Positions 11,362 to 24,246 are shown, counted from the first letter of the stretch. The stretch is DNA of 64,000 bases from Phyllobates terribilis (GCF_046119375.1 NW_027362762.1:357616001-357680000); one strand, 5' to 3'. Numbers and translations are program-made. Notes: a model not told the origin generated them from the letters alone.

Positions 11362-11726
11362 GCCCTTAGTGACCACGCTAAATTTTTTCAAATCTGACGT
11401 GTTACTTTATGTAGCAATGACTATGGAATTTTTCAACATATCTCAGTGATTTTGCCATTGTTTTTTGTGACACGTTATGTTTTATGACAGTGGTAAATTT
11501 AAGCTGATATGTTTTGTGTTTATAAAAATGTCAGAAATTTGACAAAAATTTCTAAAACTTAATTTTCAAAATTGTAATGATTATCCCTTTAATCTAGGTA
11601 GTCATATTAAACAAAATAGTTAATAAATAACATTTACCTCATGTCTACTTTACATGAGCACCATTTGTATAACGTTCTTTTATTTTGTTAGGATGTAAGA
11701 AACTTTAAAGTATTAACAGTAATTTC
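11362..11726 (+). mobile_element. Non-autonomous piggyBac-like remnant
   Basis: Begins TTAA-GCCCTTAGTGACC. Related interior sequence (ATTTCTCCTGAGTACG..) recurs at ~12560..12688 and 29950..31020. Confidence 0.45.
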
Positions 11727-12440
11727 TAGAGATCAGCGAATATGTTCGGGAAACAATCGCCAATATCAAATTCGGCACGAATATGGACCATTCGGATTCG
11801 TGTTCGGGTTACTGAGCTTTTTACGCAAAAATCGTCAAAAGTCAGATCCCCCAATCACTAACATCCCTGGTTTCCCATGCTGTCATCTGCTGTAAGATCG
11901 CTACCGCCGGTCACAGCGCTTCGGGATCATGCTGACAGGTGTCAGCATGATCCTGCAGCTGTGACAGTCACCCGCGGTAAAAAAGCTTACCACGATTGAC
12001 AGGCGCTGGCTAATGGGACTACTAGCCCCATCATCAGGCGCCTACTGTCACTGTACACAAGCTGCTCAATTGCCTCTGATGGGAGAAATAATCTCTCATC
12101 AGCGGCGCATGCGCACTGAAAGTGAAGGTAAAAAAAAAGTTAAAATAAATACTTATTTAAATAAAAATAATAAACACATTATTCTCACCTACCACTTACC
12201 TATACCTTGACCCCGATGTTCTCATCACCTGTAAAAAAAACAAACAAAACATATACTCACCTTACAGCTAATCCCCGATGCCTATGTCCCCTGCAATAAA
12301 GATAAAATAATAAACCAACCTCATCCTCACCTGTCCACCGTAGACCATATACCGAGTGTCCCACGTTGATGTCCCTGCTAGCACAGCCACATCCGGAGAT
12401 GTGACCGTCCTATCAGGCAGCCAGCGATACAAACGTGTGC
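11727..12440 (+). mobile_element. Left part of a non-autonomous hAT-like element
   Basis: Starts TAGAGATCAGCGAA, like the TAGAGATGAGCG TIR, followed by TTCG/CGAA subterminal motifs. Contains the hairpin GGATCATGCTGACA-GG-TGTCAGCATGATCC at 11924..11953. Right boundary uncertain. Confidence 0.5.
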
Positions 12441-12688
12441 ACACCTATTCTTAAAAGGTTACATGCAAATTTTATCGAGTACATTGGCAAGACAAAGATC
12501 AACACAAACGCAAAAAACATTAAATCAATTAAAAAATGTGAATGGACTAGAGGAGGTTGGATATAATAGTCCAATTAATACTCCATCAGGCAAGTCAGGT
12601 AGCAGGAAAAAATGGACCCCAAAATTTGTTCAATTTCTCCTGAGTACGCTGATACCGCATTTGTGGTGGGAAACTGCTGTTAGGACAC

Positions 12689-13061
12689 TGTCACGATTCC
12701 ACCTGGGGCGTGCTGAGCTGTCAGTGTCTTGAATGACAGTTTAGCCATTCAATCAGAATTAGGGTGTTGCCTGAGCTTCATCCATGTGTCTCCTGTTCAG
12801 ATAATTACCTGGCAATTTAGCCAGCTCTCTGCCTTAGACTAGTGCCAATTGTAGCTTCTTGTTCACTGATGTATGTTTGCCTTGTTTCTCTGTGTTCTGA
12901 TCTACTGCTGCCTGACCTAGGACCGTGCTCTGACCATCTGTCTGCTTTGACCCTTTGTTTGATCCACTATTGCGATATTCCACGTTACTTTTCCGCCCTT
13001 CTATAGGCATTGGCTTCTTGTTTCTTCTGTGCAGGTGCCTGCCCATAGAAGGGCGTAAACA
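12689..13061. mobile_element. Degenerate LTR-like segment
   Basis: TGTCACG...CGTAAACA ends and an LTR-like pyrimidine-rich body; no matching TSD found. Confidence 0.35.
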
Positions 13062-13361
13062 TAATGTGGAATATCGCAATTGCAGGGCGCAGGTGCGGGA
13101 CAACCACTAGACATCACAAGGCACTGTGATGCTGATGGGAGTCGACAGCTATGATAATGAAGACCGGAGGCAGAGTTTTCTTCCAGGCACCGCACGCCCA
13201 AGAGCCTGGGAGAATGCATTAACATAAAGATTAAAAGATGATTTCTGCACAACAAGACTGCAGATATGAGGCATACAGGTATGACTATTTTAAGTATTGT
13301 AGAACCTGTATGTCCATATTAATATGTTAGGCTCGTCCAAGGGGGTGACAGATTCCCTTTA

Positions 13362-14569
13362 ACTACAGGCTAAATTTTGTATAGACGATCAAAGTTAGGA
13401 TCATCTCGGGGAGGACAATGCGCATTATCATGAAAATGCAAAAATTTTTGGACTGCATCAAATCGAATCCTTGTCATGGCCATTCGGTAAATTGGTGTGC
13501 TGTATAGTATATCAGTATTCCAGTATTGCTGACGCTCTGTTTTTTTCACTATGCCCTTATGCACCATTGGATTTCTGATCTGCCCAAGAAATTCAGAATA
13601 AGAGGCTGATACTTTTAGGTGGGTGCATTCCATATGGGATCAATTGCTGAAGGGGTTTCCGCAGTTCTATGTCGTCTTGCTGGAGGTCCCTTCTCACTAG
13701 ATGAGGGGGAGCAGGAAGAAAAAAAGAGGAATGTGGGATCATTGTCACTGCCTGAATCTGTGTTCGAGACAAGGAAAGCGCATGCCTCCTCTGCTGAATA
13801 GTGTCTTCTTGACGAATGAGCCATTTTTATTTTATTCTTCTAAACAGTGAGGCTGTTTGTGTAAGTAGTGCTTTGACACGTATTGCGTGGTGCTTGTGTT
13901 AGGGGTGAAAAAAGTAAGAAGGAAACATTTAGAAGAAAAAAATAGCAGAGCTGGAACAGGGATTTGGAACTGCCGTGTTCACAGATGATGCACACAGTAC
14001 ACATCACAGCAGACAGCACGGAAGATCAGATCTCAGGAGATGCCAGAGGATTGCACTGGCCACCAATGAATTCTCTCTCAGATAGCACTCAGGGGGTCTA
14101 CACAACCGCTCTGCACCCCAGATCTAAGGGAAATATGGCGTGCAGAGCAGCGATCGTTATATTACATCAAACCTTTTGGCGACGATTGGTCAGTAACTAT
14201 TGATCAACTAATCGGTGCCAAAAGGGTTAATAAAGAGAGGTGACACTGCATTCACCCCATCCATTATGACTGCTTTGATTGGCGCTGTCTCAGAAAGCAC
14301 CAATCATAGCTTGCCCCATTGTTTTTCTTTTTTTTAACTTTATTGTCAAAACGCTGTGGTTGGCTGGTCAGAATTGACCCGCCAATCACGGCAATTGCTG
14401 ACGTGGGAGGGCAGTACAGCCCCCCATGACAGTGTGTAGGAGTCATACTGACTCGGTCACTGCGTGATTCAGCTCAGTGACCGGAACTTGTTGCTCCGTA
14501 CATGAATGGCAGTTTGCCGGAACGTAATTCCCGCAGCACCGTACATGTACAGCGGTTGTCGTGAAGGGG
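13362..14569 (-). mobile_element. Truncated piggyBac transposon (5' end plus N-terminal transposase fragment)
   Basis: Minus strand begins TTAA-CCCCTTCACGAC at 14573..14558. Peptides MAHSSRRHYSAEEA.. and GIVKK..YWNTDILYSTPIY..MTRIRFDAVQKFLHFHDN..DRLYKI are PGBD4-like. Confidence 0.8.
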
Positions 14570-14911
14570 TTAAACATTATATAACTTGAACAGTTGCCTT
14601 TGCACTTCCAGCAGTCCCTATTGAATAATTACAATAGGAAACTCCGGTTTTCACATAAGTTTCCCGTTCAGCTAAAATAAATGTGATTTACTGTGTATTG
14701 CTCTCCTAGATGATGTAGAAAAAATATTTTCCACTGCATTTAAAATCTGATGTTTAACCTGAAACACTTCTGAGAAAATGTAAAAACAATTTGCTTGTTA
14801 ATCATTTGCCCAGTGCAGCTCACTCCACATTCTCCTCCTATTTCTAAATGGCGCATTCAGGTGAATCACATTAAGCCCTCATCTAACAGAGGTAGATGGC
14901 CATTATATGTT

Positions 14912-16491
14912 CACTGCTCAAAAAATAAAGGGAACACTTAAACAACAGAATATAACTCCAAGTATATCAAACTTCTGTGAAATCAATCTGTCCACTTAGT
15001 AAGCAACACTCATTGACAATCAATTTCACATGCTGTTGTGCAAATGGAATAGACAATAGATGGAAATTATTGGCAATTATCAAGACACCCTCAGTAAAGC
15101 AGTGGTTCTGCAGGTGGGGACCACAGACCACATCTTAGTACCAATGCTTTCGGGCTGATGTTTTGGTCACTTTTGAATGTTGGTTGTGCTTTCACACTCG
15201 TGGTAGCATAAGACAGACTCTACAACCCACGGAAGTTGCTCAGGTAGTGCAGCTCATCCAGGATGGCACATTAATGCGAGCTGTGGCAAGAAGGTTTGCT
15301 GTGTCTGTCAGCGTAGTGTCCAGAGGCTGGAGGCACTACCAGGAGACAGGCCAGTAACACCAGGAGACGTGGAGGGGGCCGTAGGAGGGCAACAACCCAG
15401 CAGCAGGACCGCTACTTCTGCCTTTGTGCAAAAAGGAACAGGAGGAGCACTGCCAGAGCCCTGCAAAATGACCTCCAGCAGGCCACAAATGTGCATGTGT
15501 CTGCACAAACGGTCAGAAACCGACTCCATGAGGGTGGTATGAGGGCCCGACGTCCACAGATGGGGGTTGTGCTCACAGCCCAACACCGTGCAGGACACTT
15601 GGCATTTGCCACAGAACACCAGGATTTGCAAAGTCGCCACTGGCGCCCTGTGCTCTTCACAGATGAAAGCAGGTTCACACTGAGCACATGTGACAGACGT
15701 GACAGAGTCTAGAGAAGCTGTGGAGAGCAATCTGCTGCCTGCAACATCCTTCAGCATGACCGGTTTGGCAGTGGGTCAGTAATGGTGTGGGGTGGCATTT
15801 CATTCGAGGGCCGCACAGCCCTCCATGTGCTCGCCAGAGGTAGCCTGACTGCCATTAGGTACCGAGATGAGATCCTCAGACCCCTTGTGAGACCATATGC
15901 TGGTTGGCCCTGGGTTCCTCCAAATGCAGGACAATGCCAGACCTTATGTGTCTGGAGTGTGTCAGCAGTTCCTACAAGATGAAGGCATTGAAGCTATGGA
16001 CTGGCCCGCCCGTTCCCCAGACCTGAATCCGATTGAGTACATCTGGGACATCATGTCTCGCTCCATCCACCAACGTCACGTTGTACCACAGACTGTCCAA
16101 GAGTTGGCGGATGCTTTAGTCCAGGTCTGGGAGGAGATCCCACAGGAGACCATCCGCAACCTCATCAGGAGTATGCCCAGGCGTTTTAGGGAGGTCATAC
16201 AGGCTTGTGGAAGCCACACACAATACTGAGCCTCATTTTGACTTGTTTTAAGGACATTACATCAAAGTTGGATCAGCCTGTAGTGTGTTTTTCCACTCTA
16301 ATTTTGGGGGTGACTCCAAATCCAGGCCTCCATTTCTTAATAAATTTGATTTCCATTGATGATTTTTGTGTGATTTTGTTGTCAGCACATTCAACTTTGT
16401 ACAGAACAAAGTATTCAATGAGAATATTTCATTCACTCATTCAGATCTAGGATGTGTTATTCGAGTGTTCCCTTTATTTCTTTGAGCAGTG
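14912..16491 (+). mobile_element. Tc1 element, defective DD34E transposase (~15274..16229)
   Basis: TIRs CACTGCTCAAAAAAATAAAGGGAACACT / AGTGTTCCCTTTATTTCTTTGAGCAGTG. Motifs [15 protein letters not shown] and [11 protein letters not shown] are spread over frames with stops. Confidence 0.92.
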
Positions 16492-16516
16492 TGTGTGTGT
16501 GCCTGATAAATATATA

Positions 16517-18150
16517 CAGTACAAACCAAAAGTTTGGACACACCTTCTCATTTAAAGATTTTTCTGTATTTTCATGACTATAAAAATTGTAAATTCACAC
16601 TGAAGGCATCAAAACTATGAATTAACACATGTGGAATTATATACTTAACAAAAAAGTGTGAAACAACTGAAAATATGTCTTATATTCTAGGTTCTTCAAA
16701 GTAGCCACTTTTTGCTTTGATGACTGCTTTGCACACTCTTGGCATTCTCTTGATGAGCTTCTAGAGGTAGTCACCGGAAATGGTCATCCAACAATCTTGA
16801 AGGACTTCCCAGAGATGCTTACTTAGCACTTTTTGGCCCTTTTGCCTTCACTCTGCGGTTCAGCTCACCCCAAACCATCTCGATTGGGTTTAGGTCTGGT
16901 GATTGTGGAGGCCATGTCATCTGGTGTAGCACCCCATCACTCTCCTTCTTGGTCAAATAGCCCTTACACAGCCTGGAGGTGTGTTTGCGGTCATTGTCCT
17001 GTTGAAAAATAAATGATGGTCCAACTAAACGCAAACCGGATGGAATAGCATGCCGCTGCAAGATGCTGTGGTAGCCATGCTGGTTCAGTATGCCTTCAAT
17101 TTTGAATAAATCCCCAACAGTGTCACCAGCAAAGCCCCCCCACACCATCACACCTCCTCCTCTATGCTTCACGGTGGGAACCAGGCATGTAGAGTCCATC
17201 CGTTCACCTTTTCTGCATCGCACAAAGACACGGTGGTTGGAACCAAAGATCTCAAATTTGGACTCATCAGAGCAAAACACAGATTTCCACTGGTCTAATG
17301 TCCATTCCTTGTGTTCTTTAGCCCAAACAAGTCTCTTCTGCTTGTTGTCTGTCCTTAGCAGTAGTTTCCTAGCAGCTATTTTACCATGAAGGCCTGCTGC
17401 ACAAAGTCTCCTCTTAACAGTTGTTGTAGAGATGTGTCTGCTGCTAGAACTCTGTGTGGCATTGACCTGGTCTCTAATCTGAGCTGCTGTTAACCTGCGA
17501 TTTCTGAGGCTGGTGACTCGGATAAACTTATCCTCAGAAGCAGAGGTGACTCTTGGTCTTCCTTTCCTGGGGCGGTCCTCATGTGAGCCAGTTTCTTTGT
17601 AGCACTTGATGGTTTTTGCAACTGCACTTGGGGACACTTTCAAAGTTTGCCCAATATTTCAGACTGACTGACCTTCATTTCTTAAAGTAATGATGGCCAC
17701 TCGTTTTTCTTTACTTAGCTGCTTTTTTCTTGCCATAATACAAATTATAACAGTCTATTCAGTAGGACTATCAGCTGTGTATCCACCTGACTTCTGCACA
17801 ACACAACTGATGGTCCCAACCCCATTTATAAGGCAAGAAATCCCACCTATTAAACCTGACAGGGCACACCTGTGAAGTGAAAACCATTTCCGGTGACTAC
17901 CTCTTGAAGCTCATCAAGAGAATGCCAAGAGTGTGCAAAGCAGTCATCAAACCAAAAGGTGGCTACTTTGAAGAACCTAGAATATAAGACATATTTTCAG
18001 TTGTTTCACACTTTTTTGTTAAGTATATAATTCCACATGTGTTAATTCATAGTTTTAATGCCTTCAGTGTGAATGTACAATTTTCAAAGTCATGAAAATA
18101 CAGAAAAATCTTTAAATGAGAAGGTGTGTCCAAACTTTTGGTCTGTACTG
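16517..18150 (-). mobile_element. Tc1 element with ~270-bp inverted repeats and TA TSD; near-complete transposase with early stop
   Basis: CAGTACAAACCAAAAGTTTGGACAC / GTGTCCAAACTTTTGGTCTGTACTG flanked by TA; IR arms ~16517..16785 and ~17883..18150. ORF 16819..17643 contains FCSDESKFE, QQDNDRKH and SPDLNPIE. Confidence 0.93.
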
Positions 18151-18172
18151 TATATATATATATATATATATA

Positions 18173-19411
18173 CGATGGTCCAAAAGTAGGTGGACTGAAA
18201 GTGTAATAATGTTATGAAGGGGGAGATTTATCAAACATGGTGTAAAGTGAAACTAGATCAGTTGCCCTTAGCAACCAATCAGATTCCACTTTTCATTCCT
18301 CACAGACTCTTTGGAAAATGAAACATTTGGTACTCAAGCCCCAAAGAGACAAACCATTTACCGCGTTCGTGACAAATTCAATGCCACTGGCTCAATCCTT
18401 TATGCTCCAAAAACTGGTCGACCCAAAACAGTCTATACAGAAGATAATAAACAACTTGTTGCTGAAACATTTGTTCTGAGTCCAAAAACGTCCACCAGAA
18501 GAGCCTCTTTGGAATTGGGAATTTCACGAGCTTCTATCATGCGAATCCTGAAATCTGTAGGGTGCAAAGCTTATCGTCCACGTCTAATTCATGGTTTATT
18601 GGAGGATGATCCAGACAGGCGGCTGCAATTTAGTGAGATTATGCTTAACGAAATTGAAGAAAATCCAGTAATTTTAGATAACATTATGTGGAGTGATGAA
18701 GCTTCTTTCAAATTATCCGGCCATATTAACAGACATAATTGTATTTACTGGTATAATGAGAACATGCATTTAACATTTGAGCAACAACTAAATGAGCCTG
18801 GTGTCAATGTTTGGGGTGGTATTTCAGGTTTTGGTGTTTTAGGACCAATGTTTTTTGATGGAACAGTCACAGGAGATAACTATCTCAAAATTCTAATGAA
18901 TCAAGTTGTTCCCCAGTTACAGCAACAGCCTAATTCAAATGACCTTTATTTCCAACAAGATGGGGCCCCTCCACATTATTCAAGAGTAGTCCGCGAGTAT
19001 CTTGATGAAACATTTCCTAATTAATGGATTGGCCGAAGAGCCCCACTTGATTGGCCGGCACGTTCACCAGACTTGACCCCAATGGATTTTTTCTTTTGGG
19101 GAGTACTCAAGGACAAAGTTTATAGTCGAAAACCAAAAAGTGTCAGTGATTTGAAAAATTACATAAGAGATGCATTTCAAGAAATTAATACCCAAAGAGA
19201 CTTGCGCAAAAAAGTTTGTTGAAGCGTAAGAGGCAGACTTCAAAGCTGTGCAAATTGTAATGGAAAACAGTTTGAGCACCTGCGTTGATAAAATTTAAGG
19301 GCTTTTGTATTATTGTTCAGAATAAAATTTAATTGTCAATGTTATGCTTGTGTTAGTAAACATAATTTTATATATAAATCAAAATAAATGTTATTATTTT
19401 CTGGCCACCTA
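18173..19411 (+). mobile_element. DD41D (rosa/Visitor-type) Tc1/mariner element; right TIR runs into the assembly gap
   Basis: Frame 18311..19288 has WSDEA, QQDGAPPH and SPDLTPMDFFFWG with 41 residues between the second and third D; stops at 19022 and 19220. Left TIR CGATGGTCCAAAAGTAGGTGG follows TA; its complement starts CCACCTA immediately before the Ns. Confidence 0.88.
18217..18323 (+). mobile_element. MITE fragment replacing the 5' part of the DD41D element
   Basis: AAGGGGGAGATTTATCAAA...GTTGCCCTTAGCAACCAATCAGATTCCAC resembles a common anuran MITE end; superfamily not determined. Confidence 0.55.
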
Positions 19412-19553
19412 NNNNNNNNNNNNNNNNNNNNNNNNNNNNNNNNNNNNNNNNNNNNNNNNNNNNNNNNNNNNNNNNNNNNNNNNNNNNNNNNNNNNNNNNN
19501 NNNNNNNNNNNNNNNNNNNNNNNNNNNNNNNNNNNNNNNNNNNNNNNNNNNNN
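19412..19553. other. Assembly gap (142 N)
   Basis: Run of N characters. Confidence 1.
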
Positions 19554-19700
19554 TTCTAAACTCTTAGTATTCTACATGTTTTTCACCAACCTCTTAATCA
19601 TCTGATTAGGTTGCATCAGATTTATAGAGTAAATATCAAAAATGTACACATTTTATATTTGCTGGTGTATACTTATTTTCAGTGTATAATCTTTAATTTA

Positions 19701-19885
19701 GGCACGTTCAGTATTTGATCAGTATTTTACATCAGTATTTGTAAGGTAAAATCAGGAGTGTAATAGTCTGAGGAAAAGTATAATAGAAACACGTCACCAC
19801 TTCTGCATTTATCACCCACTCCTGGTTTTGGCTTAAAAATACTGATGTAAAATACTGACCAAATACTGAACGAGTGAACGTGGCC
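19701..19885. mobile_element. Palindromic Harbinger-like MITE
   Basis: TTA-GGC...GCC-TAA ends; arms GTTCAGTATTTGATCAGTATTTTACATCAGTATTT / AAATACTGATGTAAAATACTGACCAAATACTGAAC. Confidence 0.7.
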
Positions 19886-20703
19886 TAACAGTTTCTTTGT
19901 AGATACTCTTCAAAACGTGTAAACACATTACATATCTATTATCTTTTACTAATCTTGAAATTCATCTTTATTCACAGTTATATTGATTGCCTTTTGTAAA
20001 ACTTTACAAACCTATCAACCGACACATCTTTAATAACTTAGCTGAGGTCCCATAATACAGTAAAAACTAAATTTATTCTCATCAATGGACTAGAGCGTGA
20101 AGTGGGAGAGGAGCTTCCCGGTAAGATACAGATGTTGCAGATAGTATAAATATGCATGGTACTACCCTACAGAGCAGTAATTCATTGTGATGGCTACTAG
20201 TGTTGAGCCACCCCCGTAGTGTTCGAGTTCGGTTCGGTTCGTCGAACACCCGTGTGTTCGCCGAACTGTTCGTCGAACTGTTCGTCGAACACCTTCGAAC
20301 ACCGTTAAAACTAATGGCAGGCAAACAAAAACACATAGAAACACATAGAAAACACCTTCAAAGGTGTCCAAAAGCTGACAAACTGCTCAGAAGACACAAC
20401 TAACACATGGAAAAGTGACAAGTACATATAGTCATGCGAAAAGAAAAGAGGTGGAGGAGTAAAAGGAGGGGGAGACACAGATATAGGCATGTCATGCCCT
20501 TCTAAAATCCAAAAAGTGAGAAGCCGAGACGGCCAGTCCGCTCCTGCCCGTGCCACCTCCGTGTCGCCGGGTTTGTGCCAGAGCCGCGGTGAACCCTGAC
20601 GGCCAGCCCCCCTCTCCCAATACTGGTGCCTGTCCGCTGGTGGGTCGAGAGAGCCCCCCTGTGGTGGAGGCAGCTCTAAGCTTTTTAATTTAAATTGTCC
20701 CTC

Positions 20704-20877
20704 TAAAGCTGCTGCAGTTAAAAAGCTTTTATAAGGATCGAGCTCGGCTGTCCACCGCAAGGCATCCTAGTGCCAGTCCCAGCCCCTATGCCTTGGGGTG
20801 CCTCCTGATGCTCTTCACTGAGTATCCCGTGGTCCCGAAGCATTTCCTTTGAAAAAATTAAGTGTCCAAACTACAGG
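20704..20877 (+). pseudogene. 18S rRNA fragment in hAT copy 2, shortened by a 98-bp deletion
   Basis: TAAAGCTGCTGCAGTTAAAAAGC...GGATCGAGCTCGGCTGTCCACCGCAAGGC...TCCCAGCCCCT...TTTGAAAAAATTAAGTGTCC. The 530-loop part present in copies 1 and 3 is absent. Confidence 0.85.
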
Positions 20878-21141
20878 TGGTGTAGCTTGCTTAACAGCCG
20901 GGATAATCCGCTGACTAGCAGACACTGCTACTAGGCACAAAGTATTTCCTGGGCTAGATGCAGTTAAAAATTTGTAAGAAGATACTCTCGTTGGATGCTG
21001 AGAAAGCATTCCATAGAGTCTCCTGGCACGCCATATATGATTTTCTTAAAAAGCTTGGGGTAGGGGTCTAGGGGACCCTTTTATAGCCAAAATCACGGCC
21101 CTGTATCACAATACGTCACCTAGGCTGAAGATAAATGGAAC

Positions 21142-22352
21142 TGTAGCACCGAGGGCTCGGTTGCTACAGACGTATTGCACCTCACCCAGAGGTGTGATAT
21201 CTCACTCTCAGATAAGGATGGAGTGTGGATCAGGACCCGACACCTGCATGCATTACACCACATTGCCGTGGGGCAGGGCGACCAATATGCCCCTGAGATG
21301 GGCACGGCAGTCCCTGTCCCTGGCTGGAGTGGGGGGAGGGAACACTGAGGAAGGGGAACCCTGCAGTGCAGGAGCAGGGAGGAAGCAGTTCCTGGGTGCA
21401 TTGAGAAGGGAGTATAAAAGGTGGGCACCATCTTAGTTCAGTGCAGAGAAGTCTGAGCAGAAGTGGCAGGGAGCAGGGGCTCTGCATGAGCTCTGCTCCG
21501 GAGGCGGGCCTAGTAACAGAGGCCCAGGCCTGCAGGAGGGAGAAGGAAGGAAGAGGAGCGGAGAAGGCTCCAGGAACGCGGAATGAAGGGATCCCAGGGG
21601 TGCGGACGGGCGAGTCACCACCGCACGCCCGAATCCACCTGCGTGGAGGGGTCAGGCCAAAGGGGGAGACCGGTCCCCGAACTAGTGGAGGCAGGAAACG
21701 ACCCTCAGCTAGAAACCGGAGGCTCTGACATTTTATGTGGCGCAGCCCCTTGCTCCACCCGCTAGGAAGGCACCACATAGGGTCAGGGAAACTGGCGCCA
21801 AGTTTACCAAGAGGAGGCCCGAGGCAGCCGGACAGAAGTGTTGGTAAGAAAGGCCAGACAAAGGACACACAAAGGGGGTCCTGTGAAGCGCTCCAAAGTT
21901 ATCTGGGAGTTGTCTGAGCCCCTCACCTGGTGAGCACAGTACGACGTGGGCAGCCGTTACCCGCAGACGTGGTCTGGATAATAAGAACTGTGAGTAAAGG
22001 CCCTGAACTGCATCACTGACTCCGTGTCGTTACTGCTGCTGCCCTGCACCATCACCCCCATCCTCCGCATACACTGCCCTGAGGCTATACTCCTCCCGTG
22101 GGGAGTTATGCTACGCTCTGCTGCACCCACAACACCAGCCTTAGCGGTCTGCCCTGTAGCGGCGGTTCACTCTGACCGCAATCCACGGGTGGCGTAGTCG
22201 GACATTTAAACATCAAAACCACATAAATAGTTCCGCCACTGGTTTGACCGCCCTGAGCCACGGAACCGGATCGCCGCCACGAAGACTACAACCACCAGCA
22301 TCCACCAAAAAGGGTCCGGCTCCGGGTGTCCCAAGGCCCAGGGGGTGCGTCA
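21142..22352. mobile_element. Gypsy solo LTR within the L1 fragment (hAT copy 2 cargo)
   Basis: TGTAGCACC...GGTGCGTCA with TSD GAAC on both sides; L1 RT flanks at ~20985..21141 and 22353..22805. Confidence 0.85.
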
Positions 22353-22874
22353 GAACATTTTCATCACCTTTCACAATCACCAATGGGACAAGGCAGGGAT
22401 GTCCTCTGTCCCCTCTCTTATACATCCTAGTGACGGAGCACCTGCTCTCATCAATTCGCCATAACCCCAATATTAGGTGGATTGAGGTGGGAGGCACCGA
22501 GTACAAGTGCTCTCTATTTGCTGATGATGTCCTAGTATATATCACTCAATCACATATATCCATCCCTGCTGTTATGGCTGAAATAGATCACTTTGTTACA
22601 TGGTAAAATTTTAAAATCAATGCAGCGAAGTCTGAGGCCCTCGATGTCTCCCTCCCTAAATCCATATAGGATTCCATCCAGTCCAACTTTCCCTTTGCCT
22701 GGCCCTCACAGGGTATCAAATACTTAGGAATTCCTATTCATAGAGACCTCTCCCATCTATGTTATCTTAATTTTGGGCCCTTTATTGAACAATTCCATAC
22801 AGACCACGGTTGGCAAGTTAGAACTGTAAGATTCACTACGTGAACCACTGGTGTTTTGTGGAAAAGCACATGTA

Positions 22875-24246
22875 CACCGCGTTCCAAATTATTATGCAAA
22901 AAGTGTTTAGGAGTGATAAGGGAAGAATTTGTTTGTTTGTCAGTTAAACTCATTGATGGTGATGTGTGTCAGGGCTCTTTATATCACTGTAAGCAATTGC
23001 AGACACCTGTGCTAATTAGTTTGGCAGGTGTGTCCAATGAAAGGCAAGACTACTTAAGAAGGCTCTCTCACATTATTAAGCAGCCTACATTTTCTGCCAA
23101 AATGGGAAAGAAAAAGGATGTGTCGGCTGCTGAGAAGCAACAAATTGTGGAGTGTTTAGGTCAAGGCATGACTACAATCAACATTGTGCGATGATCAGGA
23201 TGAAGTGTCTTGGCAATCAAGAAGTATGTAGCTGATTCACAGTACACACGTGTGCGTGCTGATAAGGGCAAATTGAGGACTCTTTCCTACAGGCAATTAC
23301 GTCAGGTTGAAAGAGCAGCGGCAAAAAAGCCTTGTCATAGCAGCAGACAAGTTTTTGAAGCTGCTTGTGCCTCCAACGTCCCCCGAACAACAAGATGCAG
23401 GGTGCTTCAGAGGTTTGCAGCTGTGCATACGCCATCCTGTCGACCTCCTCTATCCACTTCACACAAGCAGAAACGGCTCCAGTGGGCCAAACATTACATG
23501 AAGACTGATTTCAAAACTGTTTTGTTCACGGATGAGTGCCGTGCAGCGCTCGATGGTCCAGATGAATGGAGTGGAGGATGGCTGGTTGATGGACACCCCA
23601 CGCAAACACGGCTACAGCGCCAACAAGGAGGAGGTGGAGTAATGTTTTGGGCTGGAATCATGGGGAGAGAGATTGTCGGCCCCTTTAGGATCCCTGAAGG
23701 CGCTAAAGATGAACTCCATAATGTATGTGGATTTTCTCAAACAGCACTTCCTGCCATGGTTCAAGAAGAAGAACCGTGTATTTCACAGCAAGATCATTTT
23801 TCTGCATGATAATGCACCATCTCATGCTGCACATAAAACATCTGCATCTCTGGCTGATATGGGCATAAAAGGGGACAAACTTATGGTGTGACCCCCATGC
23901 TCCCCTGACCTCTACCCCATTCAGAACCTTTGGAGCATCATTAAAAGGAGTGTCTATGATGGCGGGAGGCAGTTCACATCTAAGCAACAGCTCTGGGAGG
24001 GTATTCTGTCCTCATGCAAAACAATTGAAGCAGAAACCATCCAAAACCTGACAAATTCAATGGACGAGAGAGTTCAGAAGCTCCTTTCGAACAAGGGGTC
24101 CTATGTGAAAATGTAACATCACCTAGAATAAAGTTTTGAGTTGAAAACTGTTTGATTTCAGTTTCTAACAACCTGCTAATGCTTATAATTTCAAAAATGA
24201 CCATTTTTTGGTCTTTATTAAAATGAAAAGGTTGATCGAAAAGTTT
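22875..24246 (+). mobile_element. Defective Tc1 cargo in hAT copy 2
   Basis: TA+CACCGCGTTCCAAATTATTATGCAAAAAG TIR; transposase from ATG 23102 with a micro-inversion at 23183..23217, a frameshift and stops. Confidence 0.9.

Noticed and set aside
21230-21868. 212-aa ORF (also 42248..42886) as a novel cargo protein
   Set aside because: Lies in the GC-rich solo LTR, is Pro/Leu/Ser low-complexity, has no recognisable motif, and is frameshifted in copy 1.
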